Below, piece by piece: positions 8,725 to 16,795 of a stretch of DNA of 40,742 bases. The position numbers and the translations under genes were made by a program. The notes beneath the pieces are model-generated. The model had not been told where the DNA came from. It saw only the letters and a program-made list of their open reading frames with translations, and did not search any database. The first letter of the stretch is position 1; each line of letters begins with the position of its first letter. Origin of the DNA: Prosthecobacter sp. (GTDB taxonomy: Bacteria; Verrucomicrobiota; Verrucomicrobiia; Verrucomicrobiales; Verrucomicrobiaceae); NCBI GenBank assembly GCA_041688535.1, contig JBDNIB010000297.1, forward strand, positions 1 through 40,742, in the 5' to 3' direction.

Positions 8725-9846
8725 ATGAAATTGCGGATGCGAACGAACAAAGGGGGATCGACGTCCTGGCAGCTCGACTATGGGGTGATCGATGGGGAGC
8801 GGCGGCGGGTGGCTTTTTTGGATCGAGCAGCAGGCGAGCGGGCGCTGGCGGGGGCACGGGATGCGCGGCGGCGGCTGGGGACGATGGGCGTGGCGGCTTC
8901 GCCGCTGGAGATGGCGGAATTCCTGGCTGTCAAGGAAAGATTGCGGGCGTCGGGGACGTCGATTTTGGAGGCGACGGAATTTTTCATGCGGCAGGGCTTG
9001 CGGGTGAAAAATCCTGTGCTGGTGCCGGTGCTGGTGGAGGATTTTATCTGGAGCCGGATCGAGCTGGGGCGGGATGCGCGGACGATCCAGACGTATCGGC
9101 ATGTGCTGCGGTCGCTGGCGAGGGCGTTTCCTTTGCGCATGGCGCACGATTTAACGCGCGATGACATCAAGGTGTGGCGACGGGGGCAGGGCTGGTCTGC
9201 GACGACGCAGAACAAGGCGCTGGGGCATGTGCGGGGCTTGATGAAATGGGCAGTGGCGGAACGGCAGGTGGGGCAGGATCCGTGTGCGGGGATGGAGGCG
9301 GTGTCGGTGATGAGAGAGGAGATCGCGGTGCTGTCGCTGCGGGCGTGTGAGTCGCTGCTGAAGACGGCGTTGGTGGTGCCGCGTTTTATGCCTTTTTTGT
9401 GCCTCGGATTGTTTCGCGGAATGCGGCGGGCTGAGCTGGAGCGGCTGCGATGGGAGGAGGTCGATTTTGCAAGCGGCGAGGTGATCGCGGCGGCGAAAAA
9501 AGTGAAGACAAGGCGGCGGCGCGTGGTGGAGATCTCGCCGCAGATGCGGGCATGGATCACTGCGGCGGGATGGACGGTGGAGATGATGCGGTCGGGGCCG
9601 GTGGCACCGGCGAACCTGAAGGTGAGGTGGCCGCAGTTTTGGCGGCTGGCGAAGCTGTCTGCCTGGCCGCACAATGGGCTGCGGCATACGTTCGCGAGTA
9701 TGCATTATGCGGCCTATGGCGATGAGGCGGCGCTGCAGGCGATTTTGGGGCAGAAATCGGCGGATGTGCTGCACACGAATTATCGGGCGTTGAAGACGAA
9801 ACGGGAGGCGGAAAAGTTTTTTGGTTTGATGCCGCCGGGGAAGTAG
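8725..9846 (+). CDS. int: Tyrosine integrase
   Basis: GMRRAEL, K, HNGLRHTFAS, LGQ...TNY catalytic motifs. Confidence 0.95.
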   Translation: MKLRMRTNKGGSTSWQLDYGVIDGERRRVAFLDRAAGERALAGARDARRRLGTMGVAASPLEMAEFLAVKERLRASGTSILEATEFFMRQGLRVKNPVLVPVLVEDFIWSRIELGRDARTIQTYRHVLRSLARAFPLRMAHDLTRDDIKVWRRGQGWSATTQNKALGHVRGLMKWAVAERQVGQDPCAGMEAVSVMREEIAVLSLRACESLLKTALVVPRFMPFLCLGLFRGMRRAELERLRWEEVDFASGEVIAAAKKVKTRRRRVVEISPQMRAWITAAGWTVEMMRSGPVAPANLKVRWPQFWRLAKLSAWPHNGLRHTFASMHYAAYGDEAALQAILGQKSADVLHTNYRALKTKREAEKFFGLMPPGK

Positions 9847-9851
9847 ATTTG

Positions 9852-9876
9852 AACTGTCAAGGATTACTTGACAGTT
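9852..9876. repeat. Perfect 10-bp inverted repeat with 5-nt spacer
   Basis: AACTGTCAAG-GATTA-CTTGACAGTT. Confidence 0.85.
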
Positions 9877-9887
9877 GCTGGGGAGGC

Positions 9888-10095
9888 CGGACGGGCTGAA
9901 GCCGGGACTACGAACGGGGGAGGCGGACGGGCTAAAGCCCGAACTACGAACGAAGAAGCGGACCGGCTGAAGCCGGGACTACGAACGGGGGAGGCGGACG
10001 GGCTAAAGCCCGAACTACGAACGAAGAAGCGGACCGGCTGAAGCCGGGACTACAAACGGGGGAGCCGGACCGGCTGAAGCCGGGACTACGAACTC
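9888..10095 (-). repeat. Tandem array of six GTAG-REP hairpins (35/36-nt period)
   Basis: CTAC at 9908, 9944, 9979, 10015, 10050, 10086, between convergent genes. Confidence 0.95.
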
Positions 10096-10109
10096 GGCAG
10101 GGGGCCGTT

Positions 10110-10394
10110 TTAGCGGCGGGGCTCTGTGGCTAAATCGGCGCGGCAGGTGGGGCACAGGGTGCAGGTATGTACGACGACGTTGCCGCACTGGCCGCAGAGC
10201 GAGACGCGGGCGTGTTTGGTGTCGGTGGCATAGGCTACTGCGAGCAGAAGGAAGCCTGCGGGGACGCCGGCGATCATGGGGACGAGTGCGAAGCAGGCGA
10301 CGGCGGCTAAGGTGAAGAAGCCGCTGACGAAGGTGCTGCCGCCGGTGCGGACTTTCCGCGTGATGCGGTAGGTGTAGATGGGGTCTGTATTCAT
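10110..10394 (-). CDS. Two-TM membrane protein with double zinc ribbon
   Basis: Hydrophobic pair followed by CGQC and CPTC; downstream of the repressor. Confidence 0.7.
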   Translation of the reverse strand: MNTDPIYTYRITRKVRTGGSTFVSGFFTLAAVACFALVPMIAGVPAGFLLLAVAYATDTKHARVSLCGQCGNVVVHTCTLCPTCRADLATEPRR

Positions 10395-10483
10395 CCGCAG
10401 ATTGGGAGTGGATTTGGAAGGATTTGTTGAGTGGCGGAGTGTATTTTAACCGGTGAAGGCGGCGGTGGCGTCGATGATGTTGG

Positions 10484-10933
10484 TTAGTCCTCGGTGCCGT
10501 TTTTGCTGGGGCGACGGTTTTTCTTGACAAATTGATAAGTGACATCTTTCCTCGGCGGTAGCGGCACGATATTGGCGGCGGGCGAGTAGTCCTCGGCAAC
10601 GAGGGCAATCTGCGATTCGTGCGTGTTTTTTAAAACACGAGAGGCGGCTAGACCTTCGCGCAGAGTGTTGGTGATCCATTCCTGCAGGCTGATGGCTTGA
10701 GATTTTGCGAGCGCGTCCATGCGCTGGTAGTCATCGATTGACAGCTCTGGCTTGAGGCTGATTTGACCGCGCATCATGTCGCTGATGATTTTTTCGGCGC
10801 TGCCGGTGATGGGGCGATTGGCGCTTAGCCAGCCCTTGACGGTGCTGAGTGAGACGTTGCAGCGGCTGGCGAGCCAGGCGCGAGGGTGATCGTGTTTATC
10901 GAGCCAGTCTTGGACATTTTCGGCGGTGAGCAT
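10484..10933 (-). CDS. CI-like HTH repressor
   Basis: PRAWLASRCNVSLSTVKGWLS HTH; divergent from the early operon; no LexA-type peptidase domain seen. Confidence 0.75.
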   Translation of the reverse strand: MLTAENVQDWLDKHDHPRAWLASRCNVSLSTVKGWLSANRPITGSAEKIISDMMRGQISLKPELSIDDYQRMDALAKSQAISLQEWITNTLREGLAASRVLKNTHESQIALVAEDYSPAANIVPLPPRKDVTYQFVKKNRRPSKNGTED

Positions 10934-11019
10934 GGCGGAGATTCGCGGGAAAGTAGCAAAATGCAAATTTTTTGGTTGCATGGTTGCAAAATGCATCCAA
11001 GTTGGTATCACAACATACC
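10934..11019. promoter_or_regulatory. Divergent lysis/lysogeny switch with operator repeats
   Basis: AT-rich; GTAGCAAAATGCAA (10953) and GTTGCAAAATGCAT (10983). Confidence 0.65.
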
Positions 11020-11175
11020 ATGACAGTCCAAATCACCATCACCCCAAACGATAGCCTGACGCAAGCGGAGCTGGAAGAGCTCTGCGAGAGAGCCGCAGAA
11101 AAAGGCAGAACGCCGGCCGAGTGGGCGGCGGCGGTGCTGAGAGCGGCCCTGATCGAGGAGCCGAAGGCTGCGTGA
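11020..11175 (+). CDS. Cro-position small DNA-binding protein (RHH-like)
   Basis: First early gene; beta-helix-helix pattern. Confidence 0.6.
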   Translation: MTVQITITPNDSLTQAELEELCERAAEKGRTPAEWAAAVLRAALIEEPKAA

Positions 11176-11247
11176 ATTTCAGACGGGCTGAAGCCCGAAC
11201 TACGAGCAACGAACCAACCAACCAACCAACACACGGAGGCAAACCGC

Positions 11248-11457
11248 ATGAGTTACCAAAATCAGAACACCGAGAGAAGAAGACGAGGCGTTGTCGCGGC
11301 ACTGCGGTCCGGTGAGGGACCGGCGACAACGATGCCCATAGTCCCAGTGCGCGTGCTGGATCTGCCGGGGGAGACGGTGCAGCAGGCCGCGATCGCGGCG
11401 CTGCTGCACGGTCAGGCGGTGGGGCGGCGAGAGAGATTTCCGTGCCTGCCGGGCTGA
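11248..11457 (+). CDS. Hypothetical protein
   Basis: GGAGG RBS upstream. Confidence 0.6.
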   Translation: MSYQNQNTERRRRGVVAALRSGEGPATTMPIVPVRVLDLPGETVQQAAIAALLHGQAVGRRERFPCLPG

Positions 11458-11541
11458 CGGCGGGGTCGAGTAGCCAGGACGCGGACACAGCGGCCGGATG
11501 ATACGCGGGACGAGACCCCGCGAGGCCAGGCAGAGCCAGAT

Positions 11542-11599
11542 AACACCTACCCCCCGGCGGGGAAGCGCCGGGAAAATTTTAACCAACCGAAGGAGACAA
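11542..11599 (+). repeat. 58-bp direct repeat copy 1 (hairpin plus RBS)
   Basis: 56/58 identical to 12476-12533. Confidence 0.9.
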
Positions 11600-11603
11600 T
11601 GAG

Positions 11604-12467
11604 ATGAACATACTGAATAAAACCAATAAAGCACTAGCCCCCGTTTTTGGGAGTTTGACCAACCAAGTCCTGAAGCGGGAAAAATATTCGTGGGCGAAGC
11701 CTTGCCAGCCGGGCACCTTCCTGATGGTGCGGAAGGCTGATCTGAACATCGATGGGACTTACCAGCGCGAAAAAATATCAGAGACGAAGGTCCAAGAAAT
11801 AGCAACCGCATGGGACTGGAAGCTGTACGGCGTGCTGTCAGTGATCCTCCGCGCTGATGGCACCCTGTGGGTCTATGATGGGGGGCACCGCTGCCGTGCA
11901 GCCTTCATGCGTGATGACATCGATGAGCTACCATGCATGGTGTTTGAGGTGGTCGAACGGATCGACGAAGCGCGCGCTTTTTTGGGCGCTAACTTGATAA
12001 AGTCGAACGTGAGTGCATACCACAGGCACCGCGCGTCCGTCATCACTGGCGAGCCGGTGGCCCTGGCAGCGCAAGCGATCTTGGATAAATACGGTTATGT
12101 GAACGCCTCGGCGGCCAGCAAAACCGGCTTCGCGGCAATCGGCACGCTGCTGTCAGTCGTGAAAGAAGATGCGACGACAGCGGAGCGAGTATTCGAGGCC
12201 TGCGTGGCCGTGGCTGGTACCCACCAAGATCCGATCTCCGGCGAGGTCATCGACGGGCTTTTCCGGTGCCAAAGGAAGCTCGGTGGGAAGGCAGACATCT
12301 TGACGAGCGGGCATCTGGAAAAGCTGAAGAAGGAGACGCTGGCGGGGATCGAAGCGGCGATCCGCCGGGAGAAGCACATCGTCGGCCGGGGCGGCGCGGT
12401 GATCGCAGCCAAGGCAATATTGGACCTGCTCAATAAGGGGAAACAACGCAGACTCACCTGGTCTTAA
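11604..12467 (+). CDS. ParB/Srx-like N-terminal domain protein (DUF6551-like)
   Basis: LNIDGTYQR...YDGGHR motif; AAGGAG RBS. Confidence 0.7.
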   Translation: MNILNKTNKALAPVFGSLTNQVLKREKYSWAKPCQPGTFLMVRKADLNIDGTYQREKISETKVQEIATAWDWKLYGVLSVILRADGTLWVYDGGHRCRAAFMRDDIDELPCMVFEVVERIDEARAFLGANLIKSNVSAYHRHRASVITGEPVALAAQAILDKYGYVNASAASKTGFAAIGTLLSVVKEDATTAERVFEACVAVAGTHQDPISGEVIDGLFRCQRKLGGKADILTSGHLEKLKKETLAGIEAAIRREKHIVGRGGAVIAAKAILDLLNKGKQRRLTWS

Positions 12468-12475
12468 TCCCGCAA

Positions 12476-12533
12476 AACACCTACCACCCGGCGGGGAAGC
12501 GCCGGGAAATTTTTAACCAACCGAAGGAGACAA
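12476..12533 (+). repeat. 58-bp direct repeat copy 2
   Basis: See 11542-11599. Confidence 0.9.
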
Positions 12534-12537
12534 CCTG

Positions 12538-12756
12538 ATGAGATTAAATCGATTGACGAGACAATTGCTGCTGGTGGGCCTGCTGCGCAGGCAGGCGGCG
12601 CGCACCCTGGTGTTAGCGCGGAGGTGGCTGGGTGCTGGTGGGCGGCGAGGGAGAGGACTGCGGGGCATGTCTGCGTATCGGCTGCTCAAGGAGCATGCAG
12701 AGCAGGTGAGGGAATGGTGTGCAGCGCAGCTGCAGGACGAAGGGAGGGCGGTATGA
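12538..12756 (+). CDS. Hypothetical protein
   Basis: RBS; starts the ATGA-coupled chain. Confidence 0.55.
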   Translation: MRLNRLTRQLLLVGLLRRQAARTLVLARRWLGAGGRRGRGLRGMSAYRLLKEHAEQVREWCAAQLQDEGRAV

Positions 12757-13025
12757 AGCTTGTACCTTTGCCTGGGATCGCGATGGTGTTCCGCACGGAG
12801 GTGCAGGCGGGGCTGGCGCGCGACATCGAGCGGACTGCGTGGATGGATCAACACCTACCGTTTGAGCTGACGCGTGGGATGGGGCGGATTGCAGCGAACT
12901 GGGACCGCATCGCGGCGCAGTGGGCTGCCCAATTTGATCCGCAGATGCCGCAGATTGGGAAGGATTTTCGGAGGCATCAATCGGCGAAATCTGCGAAATC
13001 TGCGGACGAAAGGAGGGCGGTATGA
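12753..13025 (+). CDS. Hypothetical protein (C-terminus built from an AATCTGCG repeat)
   Basis: GGAGG RBS and ATGA overlaps at both ends. Confidence 0.6.
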   Translation: MKLVPLPGIAMVFRTEVQAGLARDIERTAWMDQHLPFELTRGMGRIAANWDRIAAQWAAQFDPQMPQIGKDFRRHQSAKSAKSADERRAV

Positions 13026-13693
13026 GCAATCGACTTTTTCGGGTGTCGTGCCCGGTGGAGCGGACGGTGCCGCGCCGGGTGCCGAGGTCGTGGAGACGGA
13101 CGGTGCTGGATGTGCTGGTGCTGCTGGCGCTGCTGCTGCTGGTGGCCTGGCTGTGCCGCTGCGTGGGAGCGGCGGCGGGGGCGAGTGGAGGCCAGCGGCT
13201 GGGGGCTGGCGGCTATGTGGTGGCGACGCTGGATCTGCGGCCGCTGATCGCGGCGGCGGTGGAGCATTGGTGGGGCTGGCTGGCGGCGGCGGGGCTGCTG
13301 GCGGTGCTGGTGGGGCTGGCGGAATGGCAGCAGCGGCGGCAGGCGGCGTTCGAGCTGGAGCTGGCAGCTTATGTGCGGCGGATCCGTGGGGGCGGTGCGC
13401 GGGGAGTCGGACCGGCTGAAGCCGGGACTACGAACGCGGAGGGAGTGCCGGCGGAGGATGTGGGGCGCATTTTGCGCGCGTGTGCAGAGGAGTCGAGGGC
13501 GGTGGTGGAGCTGGTGAGACGGGCGGCGGTGGCGATGTCGGAGGATTATTATGGGTCGCTCCAGCAGGCTGAGCGGAAGACTGCGGCGGTGATTTTGTGC
13601 ATTGAGAATTTGCTGGTGCGGCTGGATGCTGATCCGGACCGCCTGAAGGCGGGACTACGAACACGGCAGCCGGACGGGGAGGTGGTGTCGTGA
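13022..13693 (+). CDS. Membrane protein with two in-frame REPs
   Basis: Two TM segments; GPAEAGTTN and [10 protein letters not shown] peptides. Confidence 0.65.
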   Translation: MSNRLFRVSCPVERTVPRRVPRSWRRTVLDVLVLLALLLLVAWLCRCVGAAAGASGGQRLGAGGYVVATLDLRPLIAAAVEHWWGWLAAAGLLAVLVGLAEWQQRRQAAFELELAAYVRRIRGGGARGVGPAEAGTTNAEGVPAEDVGRILRACAEESRAVVELVRRAAVAMSEDYYGSLQQAERKTAAVILCIENLLVRLDADPDRLKAGLRTRQPDGEVVS

Positions 13694-14016
13694 AGGTGAA
13701 ATCTCCATATGCGGTGTACGCTGGCGTGGAGAGGCATTATCCGGGGATGCGCGTGATCGCGGGGCCGTTTGCGGCGGAGCAGTCGGGCGAGCGCGCGATG
13801 GCGGTGCGGGCACTGCAGGACCAGATGAAGGCGGGGCATGAGTGCAAGCTGGTGACGCATGGAGCGAAGGCGTTTGTGCTGCGCACCGTGGCGGGCTGGA
13901 TGGATATGGAGCATACGCGGCAGGTGCATATGCGGAGCACGCGTGACCTGGGCAGTGGGCGGCTGACGCCGAAGCAACTGGCGCGGGCGAAAAAGGAAGG
14001 GAGGGCGGAAGCATGA
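13690..14016 (+). CDS. Hypothetical protein
   Basis: GTGA coupling, GGAGG RBS. Confidence 0.65.
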   Translation: MKVKSPYAVYAGVERHYPGMRVIAGPFAAEQSGERAMAVRALQDQMKAGHECKLVTHGAKAFVLRTVAGWMDMEHTRQVHMRSTRDLGSGRLTPKQLARAKKEGRAEA

Positions 14017-14345
14017 GCGGCATGAAGCGGCTGGATGAGTGCCTGAGGCTGGTGCTGGCGAAGCTGGAGGGGATCGAGCAGCGGCTGCCGCAGGCGGCTG
14101 CGGCAACTACGTCAGCGGAGGATATGACGCGGCCGCTGTCGGCGTCTGAGCTGTGCGAGCGGTGGCATGTGACGGCGACGAATGCGGAACTGCAACTGCT
14201 GTATCTCGCGCGGCGGTGCCGCCAGTGGGGGCTGCGGCCGCTGCAGGGCGCGCGCTGCTGGAATGCGCTGTATGGCCGCGCGGAGGTGCTGCATGCGGAG
14301 AGTTTTGCGAGTGGGAAAATCAACCGGAGGAAACACGCGAGATGA
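14013..14345 (+). CDS. Possible excisionase-like winged-helix protein
   Basis: RPLSASELCERWHV motif; ATGA coupling. Confidence 0.45.
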   Translation: MSGMKRLDECLRLVLAKLEGIEQRLPQAAAATTSAEDMTRPLSASELCERWHVTATNAELQLLYLARRCRQWGLRPLQGARCWNALYGRAEVLHAESFASGKINRRKHAR

Positions 14346-14635
14346 ATTATAATGATGAGGCTGGAATGAAGCATGAGCCGGCCGGGCGGACGCGGCTGCG
14401 GCCGGGGAAATATCGGCTGTATTGTGCGGGGCCGACGGGTGTGATCATGGATCTGTGCATCGAGATCGCGACGCGGACGACGTTTGAACTGTCGCTGGAT
14501 GATGAGCTGCTGGCGGAGCTGCTGGTGGTGACGAGCCTGGGCTGCGGGGTGGTGGAGGGCGAGTTGCACAAGGCACAGCGCCCGGACCGCCTGAAGGCGG
14601 AACTACGAACACGGATGGGAGGGCCGGAGTTATGA
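14342..14635 (+). CDS. Hypothetical protein (in-frame REP)
   Basis: ATGA coupling, GGAGG RBS. Confidence 0.6.
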   Translation: MNYNDEAGMKHEPAGRTRLRPGKYRLYCAGPTGVIMDLCIEIATRTTFELSLDDELLAELLVVTSLGCGVVEGELHKAQRPDRLKAELRTRMGGPEL

Positions 14636-14967
14636 TGCTGCGTGCGCAGGTGGAGGTGGAGATCGCGGGGGTGGTGTGCGAGCACGAGGCGATGCGCGAA
14701 GCGCTGCATGAGATCGAGCGGCTGTTCCCTGGGGCGCATGAGCTGACGCTGGGAGTGCGGCAGGCGATGATCGGCGCGATGTCGCGGGTGAGTGGGATCC
14801 GGGTGCTGCTGGGGGCGGCGACGATGTGCGGGGAGCCGGACCGGCTGAAGCCGGGACTACAAAACGAAGAAGCGGACCGGCTGAAGCCGGGACTACGAAC
14901 GGCGATGCGGCTGTCGCTGCATCGGGCTGGGGATGATTTTTTGGATGAGAAGGAGGGCTATGAATGA
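14632..14967 (+). CDS. Hypothetical protein (in-frame REP dimer)
   Basis: ATGA coupling; PDRLKPGLQNEEADRLKPGLRT. Confidence 0.6.
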   Translation: MMLRAQVEVEIAGVVCEHEAMREALHEIERLFPGAHELTLGVRQAMIGAMSRVSGIRVLLGAATMCGEPDRLKPGLQNEEADRLKPGLRTAMRLSLHRAGDDFLDEKEGYE

Positions 14968-15997
14968 GCTGGCATTATTCGCGGGCGCTGGTGGAGGAAT
15001 ACTTGGCGGGCAATTGCTCGGCTGGAAAACCATCTGCGCCGTCGAGTGGGATGCCGGCGCACGGGACGATTTGGTCGCCCGGCAAAACGATGGATGCCTC
15101 CCGCCATTCCCGATCTGGGATGATGTACGAACCTTTGACGGACGCCCTTGGCGCGGACGTGTTGACGTGGTGTCTGGCGGGTTCCCGTGCCAAGACATTT
15201 CAGCAGCCGGAAAAGGTGCTGGGATCGACGGGGAGCGAAGCGGAATGTGGATGGAAATGGCCCGCATCATCGGCGAAGTACGACCGCAATTCGCGTTCGT
15301 GGAAAACTCGCCAGTGCTCACTTCTCGAGGGCTTGGACGTGTTCTCGGGGACCTGGCCGCGCTGGGGTATGATGCGCGATGGGGAGTCGTGGGAGCTGTC
15401 CACGCCGGAGCTCCCCACAAGCGGGAACGAATCTGGATCCGAGCTGAACTGGCCGACGCCGAAAGCATCGGATGGGCTCATGGGAGATTGCCCGGCGGAG
15501 CGTCGACGAAACACTCCGGGGCTGCCGACGGCGGTGCATCTGTGGCCGACGCCCACAGCGGGAGAGGGGCGCAGGACAGACAGCCCGGCGGCGCGGCGGC
15601 GGAACACTCCGGGCCTGGCGTCAGCAGTGAATATGTGGCCGACGCCGAGGGCGTGCATGACTGGAGCAGCCACGCCAGAACGGCTGCACGACAAGAACCG
15701 CAACCTGGAAAGAGCGGTGGCGGAAACGATGTGGCCGACGCCGGACGCGCACATGGGCAGCGGGGGGCGCACCAGCGCGCGGCCGCCAACTGGCAAGCGG
15801 CCGAGCGGGACGAAGCAGCAAATTACAATCAACGACGCGGTGAAATGGCACGCCGAGACTCCTGCCAATGGTGGGCAACTGAACCCGAGGTGGGTCGAGT
15901 GGCTGATGGGGTGGCCGCTCGGGTGGACAGACTGCGCGCAATCGGCAACGGCCAGGTACCGGCAGTGGTGCGACTCGCATGGAATTTGCTCCGATGA
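14960..15997 (+). CDS. C5 DNA cytosine methyltransferase, alpha chain
   Basis: LFAGAGG (I), GGFPCQDIS (IV), ENS (VI), HKRERIW (VIII), RLRAIGNG (X). Confidence 0.9.
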   Translation: MNELALFAGAGGGILGGQLLGWKTICAVEWDAGARDDLVARQNDGCLPPFPIWDDVRTFDGRPWRGRVDVVSGGFPCQDISAAGKGAGIDGERSGMWMEMARIIGEVRPQFAFVENSPVLTSRGLGRVLGDLAALGYDARWGVVGAVHAGAPHKRERIWIRAELADAESIGWAHGRLPGGASTKHSGAADGGASVADAHSGRGAQDRQPGGAAAEHSGPGVSSEYVADAEGVHDWSSHARTAARQEPQPGKSGGGNDVADAGRAHGQRGAHQRAAANWQAAERDEAANYNQRRGEMARRDSCQWWATEPEVGRVADGVAARVDRLRAIGNGQVPAVVRLAWNLLR

Positions 15998-16049
15998 AAA
16001 CACTATGAAAAAGCCAACACAGAACGTGAATGGGGAGGGTGCGGAATGA
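14964..16049 (+). CDS. Overlapping +1-frame protein, probable methyltransferase beta chain
   Basis: 361-aa open frame; four WPTP repeats; LNPRWVEWLMGWP resembles motif IX; ATGA-coupled at both ends. Confidence 0.75.
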   Translation: MSWHYSRALVEEYLAGNCSAGKPSAPSSGMPAHGTIWSPGKTMDASRHSRSGMMYEPLTDALGADVLTWCLAGSRAKTFQQPEKVLGSTGSEAECGWKWPASSAKYDRNSRSWKTRQCSLLEGLDVFSGTWPRWGMMRDGESWELSTPELPTSGNESGSELNWPTPKASDGLMGDCPAERRRNTPGLPTAVHLWPTPTAGEGRRTDSPAARRRNTPGLASAVNMWPTPRACMTGAATPERLHDKNRNLERAVAETMWPTPDAHMGSGGRTSARPPTGKRPSGTKQQITINDAVKWHAETPANGGQLNPRWVEWLMGWPLGWTDCAQSATARYRQWCDSHGICSDENTMKKPTQNVNGEGAE

Positions 16050-16795
16050 GCCGGGCGCGGGCGGCCTATGAGGCGCAAGTCGGCGCGCTGTTGTCGAATG
16101 TGTGGCGGCGGGAAGGGGAGTTTTTGCTGGTGGACCCAGTGGAGCTGAACACGCCGCTGACTGCGGTGCTGGAGGAGGAGGCTGGCACACTGCGGATGGA
16201 TCCGGAGTGGCTGCCGAGTGATCTGAGTGCGCTAGCAGCGGCTCCGCGTGAAGAGCTGCTGGGGCTGATCTGCGCGCTGATGGAGGAGCGCGATAATATC
16301 CGCCAGCGGACGCAGCAGGTGACGAAAGATTATTTGTTTGGCGGCGGGCCGGAGCCGCTGGCGGTGCTGGAGCGGCTGTTCCTGCTGGCGTCGGCGGGGC
16401 ATGAGGGGTGTGTCTGGAATATGCGGCGCTGCGAAGTGGCGGCGCTGTTTGGGCACTCGAAACAAAATTGGCGGCACATTGAAGAGCGGCTGATTGAGGA
16501 TCTGGTGACGCGTTTTTCGCGAGTGGAATTTGTGAACTCGGGCGGCAAATCTGTGGCGGCGCGGGCGAAATATGCGCGCGACAAAAAAGGCAATGTGAGC
16601 CGGAAAAACGGCCGCAGACGTGGTGATGAAATGCCGCCGCTGCCAGCGGCGGAGCACGCGCATGAGCCGCTGTCTGCGCGGGCGAAAAAGCATGCGGAGC
16701 TGATGCGCGCCGAAGCTGAGCGGAAGCGGATGGCGGCGCTGTGCGGCTGTGATCCGGCGGACATCGATCTAGCAAAGATCACCCCGCATGACTGA
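16046..16795 (+). CDS. Putative transcription factor with sigma-region-4-like HTH
   Basis: EVAALFGHSKQNWRHIEERL resembles sigma70 4.2 [20 protein letters not shown]. Confidence 0.45.
   Translation: MSRARAAYEAQVGALLSNVWRREGEFLLVDPVELNTPLTAVLEEEAGTLRMDPEWLPSDLSALAAAPREELLGLICALMEERDNIRQRTQQVTKDYLFGGGPEPLAVLERLFLLASAGHEGCVWNMRRCEVAALFGHSKQNWRHIEERLIEDLVTRFSRVEFVNSGGKSVAARAKYARDKKGNVSRKNGRRRGDEMPPLPAAEHAHEPLSARAKKHAELMRAEAERKRMAALCGCDPADIDLAKITPHD

Noticed and set aside
9888-10095. CRISPR array
   Set aside because: Inter-repeat segments are only 11-12 nt and themselves repeat; the same unit is dispersed genome-wide; no cas genes
10524-10743. TTGACA at 10524 and 10738 (also 1363, 9868) as late promoters
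   Set aside because: Inside the antisense repressor gene or within other palindromes/promoters; no credible gene start 13 nt downstream
11461-11520. Hammerhead ribozyme
   Set aside because: Core reads CGGATGA and GAGAC rather than CTGATGA and GAAAC
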